From Nitrosococcus oceani ATCC 19707 (GTDB taxonomy: Bacteria > Pseudomonadota > Gammaproteobacteria > Nitrosococcales > Nitrosococcaceae): a stretch of 32,000 nt of DNA. The position numbers and the translations under genes were made by a program. How positions within the stretch are numbered: position 1 is the stretch's first letter; every line of letters starts with the position of its first letter. The stretch is taken from the NCBI RefSeq assembly GCF_000012805.1, contig NC_007484.1, positions 390,001 to 422,000 of the forward strand. The letters are read 5' to 3'. Below the pieces are notes generated by a model. That model saw only the letters and a program-made list of their open reading frames with translations. It did no database searches and was not told the origin of the DNA. Below, piece after piece: positions 1 to 6,713 of the stretch.

Positions 1-651
1 ACCCTGGAGAGCAGGGGAGAGAGGTTCTTGAGGCAAAGACCCAAAAGTATAGGGAGAGAGGCCCATGAGCAGGCCCCAAAGGGCGCGCTGATTTTCCTGC
101 AGGGCCTGGGCGTCAGATAGCAAGGGTTCTAATTGAACTCGTTCGCGGGCTGCGGCAAGGGGGTTATCTTCAAGCTCATAGGCTTGCGCCCGGAGCCGAT
201 GGAGGGCGGCTTGTTGCTCTAGGCTTGGTCCTAAGCTTTCGACGCCTTCTAAGAGGAGCAAGGCCCTTTTCATTTCTCCTTCTGCTATTGCAAGCTGGGC
301 AGCCAGAAGATGATAGCGGAGCTTCAATGGCGATTCTAAGCTTTCGGGTGCAATACTCTCAAGGAGCATTTTAGCTTCTTGCTGATAATTGCCTTGGAGC
401 AGAGCAGCAGCAGCATGTAATTGGTAATCTTGACGCTGCGGCGATTGCGCGTCAGCCGCCAGCTGGGTATACGCTGTAGCGGCGGCACGATAGCGTCCTT
501 CGGCCGCCAGGGCCTTAGCCTGGACAAGTTCTGATGATGGTGCCTGGGGGGAAACCTTGGGAGACGGTGAAGTACAGGCGGTTAGCCCAAGCAGAATGGC
601 AAGGCCCGCTAACGGCAGGTAATTACCTGCTTTTCGAAAAAAGATCACCAT
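1..651 (-). CDS. lpoA: Penicillin-binding protein activator LpoA, N-terminal portion only. The gene runs off the left edge of the window.
   Basis: Absent from the supplied ORF track because it has no stop inside the window. My reverse-complement translation from the ATG (cat at 649-651 on +) stays open to base 1: 217 codons, with no tta/cta/tca triplet in that frame. It reads MVIFFRKAGNYLPLAGLAILLGLTACTSPSPKV... The lipobox is L-T-A-C. TPR-like Ala/Leu/Gln-rich helices follow (AAEGRYRAAATAYTQLA, LLQGNYQQEAKMLLESI, ENQRALWGLLMGLSP). The divergent pairing with rsmI matches the E. coli yraM/yraL arrangement. There is an alternative in-frame ATG at 667-669. Confidence 0.7.
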   Translation of the reverse strand, partial: MVIFFRKAGNYLPLAGLAILLGLTACTSPSPKVSPQAPSSELVQAKALAAEGRYRAAATAYTQLAADAQSPQRQDYQLHAAAALLQGNYQQEAKMLLESIAPESLESPLKLRYHLLAAQLAIAEGEMKRALLLLEGVESLGPSLEQQAALHRLRAQAYELEDNPLAAARERVQLEPLLSDAQALQENQRALWGLLMGLSPYTFGSLPQEPLSPALQG

Positions 652-751
652 AGGAATAAGAGGATACATGTCACATCAATATACTTAAAACGGGTAATAT
701 TAACCGCTACCTGTAAAGCAGCCTAGAGGCAGTCTATCTGATCTTTATTCT

Positions 752-1597
752 ATGAACGGTACTCTTTATGTCGTGGCGACGCCTATTGGCAACTTGGGAG
801 ACTTCAGTCCCCGGGCTCAGGAGATCCTACGGAAGGCAGACCTGATTGCTGCTGAGGATACCCGTCACAGCGCGGCTTTATTGCGTCATTTTGGAATTAC
901 CACGGCAATGATCTCGTTGCATGAGTATAACGAAAGGCGACGGGCTGAGCTTTTGATTGCTCGTTGTCGGGAGGGTCTTTCGGTGGCGCTGATTAGTGAT
1001 GCTGGGACACCGCTAATCAGCGATCCCGGCTACCGGGTTGTTCGCCAGGCACGGCACGCAGGGATAGAGGTGCTGCCTATCCCTGGTCCCTGCGCTTTGG
1101 TGGCGGCCTTATCGGTGGCGGGGTTGCCTTCTGATCGCTTTGTATTCGAGGGTTTTTTGCCTGCTAAAACGGGTGCTCGACAGGCTCGATTGCTGCAATT
1201 AGCCGAGGAGAGCCGCACACTGATTTTTTATGAGGCGCCTCGCCGTTTGCTAGAGACTCTCCAAGCAATGATAGAAGCGTTTGAGCCGGATAGGGAGGCT
1301 GTGGTTGCGCGGGAGTTGACTAAGCGCTATGAGACAGTCCAGGGGGGAACGCTTTCTTTCCTCCTTAGTTGGGCCAGGCAGACGCCAGAGTCGAGTCGGG
1401 GGGAATTGGTATTATTGGTTCATGGCGCGGAAAAAGAACAAGACGCTATCCAGCAGGAGGCCCTACGGGTACTGCGGCCCCTGGTGGCGGTTTTACCTTT
1501 GAAGCAAGCGGTTGCCCTAGCGGTTGATATTACTGGATTTAAAAAAAATCGCCTTTATCAATTGGCATTGGAGCTACAGGCGGCTAAAAAGCATTGA
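752..1597 (+). CDS. rsmI: 16S rRNA (cytidine1402-2'-O)-methyltransferase RsmI
   Basis: 281-aa ORF. It carries signatures of the tetrapyrrole-methylase-fold RsmI/YraL family: LYVVATPIGNLGDFSPRA, AAEDTRHS and DAGTPLISDPG. It is divergent from lpoA. Confidence 0.92.
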   Translation: MNGTLYVVATPIGNLGDFSPRAQEILRKADLIAAEDTRHSAALLRHFGITTAMISLHEYNERRRAELLIARCREGLSVALISDAGTPLISDPGYRVVRQARHAGIEVLPIPGPCALVAALSVAGLPSDRFVFEGFLPAKTGARQARLLQLAEESRTLIFYEAPRRLLETLQAMIEAFEPDREAVVARELTKRYETVQGGTLSFLLSWARQTPESSRGELVLLVHGAEKEQDAIQQEALRVLRPLVAVLPLKQAVALAVDITGFKKNRLYQLALELQAAKKH

Positions 1598-2060
1598 GCC
1601 ATCTTGTAGCGCGGCTTGCGTTGTTTCTCCCATAGCATTTTTCCGCTCTGGGCTGGGAAAAGCTCAGGATATGTAGCGAGCCTCCATAAAATGAGGCATC
1701 AGCTGATAGGTTTCCATAAAGAGGTGCTGGGTCCTAGCCCATAGCGCTATTCTATTTGCCCTAGCAAGGGGGTAAAAGGATAGGTTTAAATAGCGTTAGT
1801 TTTGAGATTAGTGATAGTAACCACAAGCAGCAGTAAGTGATTTGTCGACCTTGTTTCCGCAGGTTTACTTCCGCTTGCCATAGGTTTTGAAGCGGCGGTA
1901 TTTCATAATTCGTAGCGAATGCGGTGGTGAATTTGGGGAGCGCTTCATGCTATCCATGAAACGTTCGGTTGCGGGCTTATCGATTTTTAAGCAGATTTCA
2001 GTATAGGCGAGCTGGTAATTTTTTAGTCTAACGTACATTTTATTTAGCCTTGTAAACCTG

Positions 2061-3788
2061 TTGTTCAATTTGTTCAATCTAAAAACTCCCTTAGAAAATC
2101 TGCGAATCCGTGTCGCTTCGGCAGAGGCCCTGCCCCAGCTCTCCCTCCTTGGCTTACTGACAGGGTTGCTGGCGGGAGGAGGGACCGTGGCTTTTCGGCT
2201 AGCGGTGGATGTGGATCAGATTGCCCTGCTTCCTAGCCACCAGGTAGATGATTTTGAAAGTCTCGATTGGCTCGAACGGTTATTGTTCCCCATCGTGGGG
2301 GGCCTGAGCATCGGATTGCTACAAGAGCTTGCCCATACCTATCGTGCGGTGGGGGTGGTGCATGTTTTAGAGCGGATTGCCTATTACCAGGGTCGCCTGC
2401 CTTGGCGTAATGCCCTGCAGCAATTTGTGACGGGCGCACTCTCTATTATCTGTGGCCACTCGGTGGGACGGGAAGGCCCTAGTGTGCATCTAGGGGCTGC
2501 TGGTGGCAGCTTGCTGGGACAATGGCTGGAATTGCCTAATAATGCCCTCCGTACTTTAGTAGCCTGCGGTATTGCGGCGGCCATCGCGGCTTCCTTTAAT
2601 ACTCCTCTGGCAGGTGTCCTCTTCTCAATGGAGGTCATCATGATGCAATATCAACTCGCCGGGGTGGCGCCTATCATTCTGGCTGCCGTGGTAGGGGCTG
2701 CCATCTCCTGGGCCGTGTTTGGCCCTTCACCCGCTTTTTTCGTGCCTCCCACCGAAATGCATTCCCTGCTTGATTTCCCTTATCTGGTCTTGATTGGCTT
2801 CGTCGTGGGAATTTTGGCGGCTGTTTATAATCGGTTAATGCGCTTTTTTTCCGGGTTGGAGAAGCAGCGCCCTGTGTGGCAACGCTGCACCGCTGCTGGG
2901 CTGCTAGTCGGCCTTTGTAGTATTGCCGTCCCCGAAATCATGGGCCTGGGTTACGATACGGTAAACGCCATACTTATGGGTCAATTTGGTCTGAGTGCTC
3001 TGGTCGTCATCACTATCGTTAAATTATTTGCCACCACTGCTTGCGTGGGCCTGGGCATACCAGGAGGGCTTATTGGTCCCACCCTGGTTATTGGCACTGC
3101 GGCGGGCGGTGCGTTAGGAATTATTGGCACGGCTTTGCTGCCGCAAGAAGCATCCCCTATTGCCCTTTATGCCATGGTGGGGATGGCCGCCATGATGAGC
3201 GCAACCTTACAAGCACCCCTGGCGGCCCTTATGGCCTTGGTAGAACTGACCGCCGGTACCTATATCCTTTTTCCAGGAATGCTAGCAGTAGTCGTAGCTA
3301 ATTTGGTGGCGCGAGAGGGGCTTCATCAACAGGCTCTGTTTCTGATGCTACTGCGAACTCACGGCCTAGACTATCATTATGCGCCCATCTCTCTCAGGCT
3401 CCGGCAAGCCGGGGTGGCAAGCGTGATGGATCGCCACTTTGTAGAACTACCCGTTATCACTGATCGGGAAGCCGCACTTCAAGCCCTCGCGCAAAATCCC
3501 CGTTGGGTGCTGGTGAAACAGGATTTCCAGCCCCATTCCGTAGTGCAGGCTGCTGATGTGGCCCGAGCCTTAAGCGATGAAGAACAAGGGTCTCTCAATC
3601 TCATGGAAATTCCCGCAGTCCGGGAAGATATCCAGGCTGTCTCTTTCTATGCGACCCTCCAGGAAGCCCTGGAAATCCTTGATGCTAGCCAAGCTAAAAT
3701 GCTGTATGTGACGCGGCGCATAGGACCCACCCGCATACGAACGTATGGAGTATTAAGCCGGCAAGATATTGAGTCTTATTACGGCTAG
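2061..3788 (+). CDS. ClC-family chloride channel / H+-Cl- exchanger with a C-terminal CBS pair
   Basis: 575-aa, strongly hydrophobic ORF. It has GREGP (2466-2480, gating Glu present), GIPGGLIGP (a GxFxP-type motif) and the conserved Tyr in ELTAGTY. The last ~130 aa look like two CBS modules (VMDRHFVELPV..., IQAVSFYATLQEALEIL...GVLSRQDI). The start is uncertain: TTG at 2061 or 2070, with no nearby in-frame ATG. Confidence 0.9.
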   Translation: MFNLFNLKTPLENLRIRVASAEALPQLSLLGLLTGLLAGGGTVAFRLAVDVDQIALLPSHQVDDFESLDWLERLLFPIVGGLSIGLLQELAHTYRAVGVVHVLERIAYYQGRLPWRNALQQFVTGALSIICGHSVGREGPSVHLGAAGGSLLGQWLELPNNALRTLVACGIAAAIAASFNTPLAGVLFSMEVIMMQYQLAGVAPIILAAVVGAAISWAVFGPSPAFFVPPTEMHSLLDFPYLVLIGFVVGILAAVYNRLMRFFSGLEKQRPVWQRCTAAGLLVGLCSIAVPEIMGLGYDTVNAILMGQFGLSALVVITIVKLFATTACVGLGIPGGLIGPTLVIGTAAGGALGIIGTALLPQEASPIALYAMVGMAAMMSATLQAPLAALMALVELTAGTYILFPGMLAVVVANLVAREGLHQQALFLMLLRTHGLDYHYAPISLRLRQAGVASVMDRHFVELPVITDREAALQALAQNPRWVLVKQDFQPHSVVQAADVARALSDEEQGSLNLMEIPAVREDIQAVSFYATLQEALEILDASQAKMLYVTRRIGPTRIRTYGVLSRQDIESYYG

Positions 3789-3806
3789 TCAATTTAATAG
3801 ACACTC

Positions 3807-3830
3807 GGCGTTGTCAAGCGCCTATTTTTT
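3807..3830 (+). terminator. Probable intrinsic terminator for the ClC gene
   Basis: ggcgtt-gtca-aagcgcc forms a 6-bp stem (including one G-U pair) with a 4-nt loop at 3807-3822. It is followed directly by tatttttt (3823-3830). It lies between convergent genes, and the T-tract abuts the stop codon of the minus-strand DUF533 gene. Confidence 0.55.
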
Positions 3831-4552
3831 CAGGCAATAGGCGAACCCGTTAGTTCGTGGAGACGGCTAACCGTTGCCCTATCTAGTCCTAGAGCCTGGG
3901 CTAATTGCTGCAGGTAAGCTCTTTCAGCCTCGGTATCAATGTCAATGGCGAACAATGAAGCGGCATATACTTCGGCGGCAACCGCTTTGTTTGGCACTGC
4001 CGAGACTAGCGCTTGTAAATCCATTGGACGGCTTAATTCATCCATGACGAGCTGACGTTCCTCATCGGTCACGCCGTCAGCGCTGATCTTGCCGAAGATA
4101 TTATCCATTTCCTTCTGGTCAAGCTGCCCATCCGCCTTGGCCGCGGTAATCATGGCCCGGACCATAAGTTGTTCTGTTTGGGGCGCAGCCAGCGCCTCGA
4201 TTTGCTCTTGCGGCAGAGGTTGTGCCCCAGAGGTAAGGTTCCCTGACGAGGTTGGGGTATTTTGCTTGTCTTGAAGCGCACTGACTGCCAATGTGCCTAA
4301 AATCGCCATGGCACTTCCGCCGAGAGCACCTTTTGCCGCACTGCCACCACCACCAAGGAGCGCCCCAGCCAGGGCGCCAAGGCCACCAACCTGTCCTCCG
4401 GTCATGCCGCCCGCCTGCTTATTGCTAAGAAATTTCTGGGCAATATCCACTAGGCCACCAAGACCCTCGGGGCTAGCCGTACGCTCTAGCCTAGAATGAC
4501 TTTGACTGCTCATTCCTTGTAGTAACTGTCCAACGATATTTCCAAAACTCAT
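3830..4552 (-). CDS. DUF533 / TerB-like protein (YebE family)
   Basis: 240-aa ORF. The middle is Gly-rich and low-complexity (GGMTGGQVGGLGALAGALLGGGGSAAKGALGG). The C-terminal domain is TerB-like (MVRAMITAAKADGQLDQKEMDNIFGKI...DEERQLV...AASLFAIDIDTEAERAYLQQLAQALGL), as I remember it from E. coli YebE-type proteins. Confidence 0.75.
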   Translation of the reverse strand: MSFGNIVGQLLQGMSSQSHSRLERTASPEGLGGLVDIAQKFLSNKQAGGMTGGQVGGLGALAGALLGGGGSAAKGALGGSAMAILGTLAVSALQDKQNTPTSSGNLTSGAQPLPQEQIEALAAPQTEQLMVRAMITAAKADGQLDQKEMDNIFGKISADGVTDEERQLVMDELSRPMDLQALVSAVPNKAVAAEVYAASLFAIDIDTEAERAYLQQLAQALGLDRATVSRLHELTGSPIA

Positions 4553-4640
4553 AGTCTGTATTCCTTGGTTAAGGGAAAAGTTTTCAAACTTTAATAAAAG
4601 TATTCAAAGAGAGGGTTTCAATTCATGCGCCCAACCCCGG

Positions 4641-5411
4641 TTACATAGGAATCGCGAACTTTAATTCGTCTTGATTATAAAACTCGATTTGCTGGGTTGC
4701 CGGGTTGTATTTCATGTAAATGGTCCCTTCGTTATTAAAGCTGATACGATCACCGGCCTGAATACGGATGGCTTCACCGGAATCAATATGATCAATAACC
4801 ATCCCGCTTTCGCTTGCGGGGGCATGGGGAAAGCCATGGGCGGAGCCTGCTAGCATAATACCGACTTTGGGTTTTCCCTGGGGCCGGTCAGTTGAAGTCT
4901 CAATTCCTAATGCCCATTGTGTAGCCGCATTTCCACCATTGACAATATCGATGCCCCGCACTGGAGCTAGGGGATTGCCAGAAAAATTTAATCCATTGAC
5001 TTCGAACCCGATCGCTGGAGCACCTGAGTAGGTAGCGGCAAGGCTGTTGCCGCCAAAGGCGGGGCCCGGCCCTTCAGTCTCGCCATAAAAAAAAGCGCCT
5101 GCCGCCTCTGCCATTCCTTCTGAACGGACAGCCGCGGCAAGTGGCGTGTGAGTACCCGAAACATCGGCAGGGATATAGGTATAAAGGTAGGTAGGGGTAT
5201 CCCCTTCAGAGCGAGCGGTATTGGAAACAAAGAGATGGGGGTTGATCAAGCGATCAACAAAATCCCATATTCTTAAGGCGGGAAAAGTATTATCTCCTAG
5301 AATCAAATCAGCGGACAGATAGCCCGTCAAGTTAGGATAGGTAACATTTCCCAAGAGAAATCCACTCAGCAAGCTAAGCGCTATCAATTTTTTCATCGTA
5401 ACCGATCCCAT
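4641..5411 (-). CDS. Hypothetical exported protein. I recognise no family.
   Basis: 256-aa ORF with a hydrophobic N-terminus (MKKLIALSLLSGFLLG). The start may be the ATG at 5396 rather than 5411. It has no Cys and is Gly/Ala/Asn-rich. Short repeats such as GIDIVNGGNA, ALGIETS and VIDHIDSGEAIRIQAGDRISF suggest beta-strand or beta-helix structure. It is co-directional with its neighbours and has no competing long ORF. Confidence 0.55.
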   Translation of the reverse strand: MGSVTMKKLIALSLLSGFLLGNVTYPNLTGYLSADLILGDNTFPALRIWDFVDRLINPHLFVSNTARSEGDTPTYLYTYIPADVSGTHTPLAAAVRSEGMAEAAGAFFYGETEGPGPAFGGNSLAATYSGAPAIGFEVNGLNFSGNPLAPVRGIDIVNGGNAATQWALGIETSTDRPQGKPKVGIMLAGSAHGFPHAPASESGMVIDHIDSGEAIRIQAGDRISFNNEGTIYMKYNPATQQIEFYNQDELKFAIPM

Positions 5412-5479
5412 TTGGATGATGAAACGCTTACGCAGGAGAAACGCTATTACCGGTATTTTCCCCGCGCCTGAGAGGTAAA

Positions 5480-5884
5480 TTATAATTGTAGCTCGATCTC
5501 CTCGTATACCTCTCCTTGCAACCGAAAGCCTCGCATCTCCAGGACGCCTTTAGTATTGAGGGAAATAATTAAATATAATGCGCCAGGGTAAGCCGCTTGG
5601 GCAAGGTCGCTTTTTGAGGGCAAAGGCGCAGTTTCAGGATGGGAATGATAGATACCAAATAATTCCTCACCCTCTTCGCGCATACGGCGCATGGCCGCGA
5701 TTTGGCCCTGGGGATCCATGAAAAAATGCCGTTGTGGTTCCGGCGCAATATTATTGATGGGATAGCAGCGGGAAGGGAGACCGTTACGGGCGCTGATCAG
5801 TCCGCATATTTCCTGCTGGGGCTTTACCTGTGCCTGGTGCAGCAGTTGGTTAACCAAGGGGCGGGGAAGTATGACTTCTGCCAT
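5480..5884 (-). CDS. Stand-alone JAMM/MPN (JAB, Mov34 family) metallopeptidase
   Basis: The complete JAMM signature is present: Glu in QQEICGLI, then HSHPETAPLPSKSD (HxHx7Sx2D). The ORF track starts it at 5902. I prefer the ATG at 5884-5882, which shares one base with the moeB TAA stop (TAATG) and has a GGGAG Shine-Dalgarno 8 nt upstream. The stop coordinate is unaffected. Confidence 0.85.
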   Translation of the reverse strand: MAEVILPRPLVNQLLHQAQVKPQQEICGLISARNGLPSRCYPINNIAPEPQRHFFMDPQGQIAAMRRMREEGEELFGIYHSHPETAPLPSKSDLAQAAYPGALYLIISLNTKGVLEMRGFRLQGEVYEEIELQL

Positions 5885-6657
5885 TAAGCCAACTCCCGCC
5901 ATCTCTCTCGCGAGCCGTTACAAATAGGGCACTGGGGATCTTGCTGAATTCGGGTTTCGCGCCAGCGCATGCTCAGCCCATCGAGTAATAATAGCCGATT
6001 ATGCAAACTTCGTCCTATACCCAATAGCAACTTAAGGGTTTCCATCGCTTGGACGCTGCCGATAATTCCTAGCAAGGGGGCTAGTACGCCGGTTTGGGAA
6101 CAGGTCTCTTCTTCGTTCTCCCCGCCTTCCTGAAACAAGCAATGGTAGCAAGCTCCGTCCGGTTGCCGGCTATCAAACACCGCCACCTGTCCTTCCATGC
6201 GAATGGCGGCGCCAGAAACCAGGGGCCGGCCTACCCGGGCGCTAGCGATATTCAAGGCAAAGCGGGTAGCGAAATTATCACTCCCATCCACAACTACGTC
6301 CGCCTGGGCAATCACCGCTTCTAAGTCCTTTCCCTCCAACCGAGCGGCTATTGGCCGCACTTCCACCTCGGGGTTCAGAGCCTGCAGGCGGCGGCGTGCC
6401 GATTCTACCTTGGGTAAGCCGATGACGTTGCTATCGTGCAAAATTTGCCGCTGCAGATTGGAAAGCTCTACCTCATCGGGGTCAACGAGAGTCAATTGTC
6501 CTACCCCGGCTCCAGCTAGATACAAGGCGATAGGTGACCCTAAACCGCCCACGCCCACCACTAGAATCCGGGAATCGAGCAATTTTTGCTGGCCTTCGAT
6601 ATCAATTTGGGGTAGTAAGATTTGCCGGCTGTAGCGTAGGAGTTGTTGGTCGTTCAT
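5884..6657 (-). CDS. moeB: Molybdopterin-synthase adenylyltransferase, a MoeB/ThiF-type E1-like enzyme
   Basis: 257 aa. It is near-collinear with E. coli MoeB as I recall it: LRYSRQILL, the Rossmann loop VVGVGGLGSP, LSNLQRQ, VSGAAIRMEGQVAVF, and two Cys pairs (CYHC and CPIC) for the structural zinc. Confidence 0.88.
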   Translation of the reverse strand: MNDQQLLRYSRQILLPQIDIEGQQKLLDSRILVVGVGGLGSPIALYLAGAGVGQLTLVDPDEVELSNLQRQILHDSNVIGLPKVESARRRLQALNPEVEVRPIAARLEGKDLEAVIAQADVVVDGSDNFATRFALNIASARVGRPLVSGAAIRMEGQVAVFDSRQPDGACYHCLFQEGGENEEETCSQTGVLAPLLGIIGSVQAMETLKLLLGIGRSLHNRLLLLDGLSMRWRETRIQQDPQCPICNGSRERWRELA

Positions 6658-6713
6658 TGCCTTAAAGTGAGTCTAAAATCCTAGAGTGAGATGCTAGCAT
6701 AGGCGCTTTCTTA

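Noticed and set aside
336-527. 63-aa minus-strand ORF from the track
   Set aside because: It is out of frame with, and entirely inside, the 217-codon open frame that encodes the LpoA-like lipoprotein. Its Arg/Pro/Trp-rich composition is typical of an off-frame shadow.
1598-2060. RNase P RNA (rnpB) expected next to rsmI by analogy with Pseudomonas, and a fluoride riboswitch ahead of the ClC gene
   Set aside because: Neither strand contains the universally conserved RNase P core strings (ggaaagtccggg, acagaa-n-cggctta) or a recognisable crcB-motif core. This was a by-eye check only, so a covariance-model scan would be decisive.
1865-2077. 70-aa basic ORF as an ArfA-like ribosome rescue factor or other small protein
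   Set aside because: It has no KGKGSY-type ArfA motif. The weak 6-bp hairpin near its 3' end is not convincing. The long form overlaps the ClC start head-to-head. I cannot support it as a gene, so it is kept only as part of the gap finding.
4576-4591. Inverted repeat aaagttt-tc-aaacttt between the exported-protein gene and the DUF533 gene, as a terminator or operator
   Set aside because: It has 7-bp arms that are almost entirely A-T, in an AT-rich spacer, with no adjacent U-tract on the minus strand. That is too weak to call.
5412-5479. Hidden ubiquitin-like (ThiS/MoaD) carrier gene beside the JAB/MoeB pair
   Set aside because: This 68-bp gap and the 56-bp gap at 6658-6713 are too short for even a 60-aa beta-grasp protein. 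No alternative-frame ORF in the track resembles one or ends in Gly-Gly.
5885-5902. Upstream ATG (5902) as the JAB start, as in the ORF track
   Set aside because: It would overlap moeB by 19 nt, and its only purine-rich stretch abuts the ATG with no spacing. The ATG at 5884 has a GGGAG at proper spacing and forms a TAATG coupling junction. This is a judgement call, not proof.
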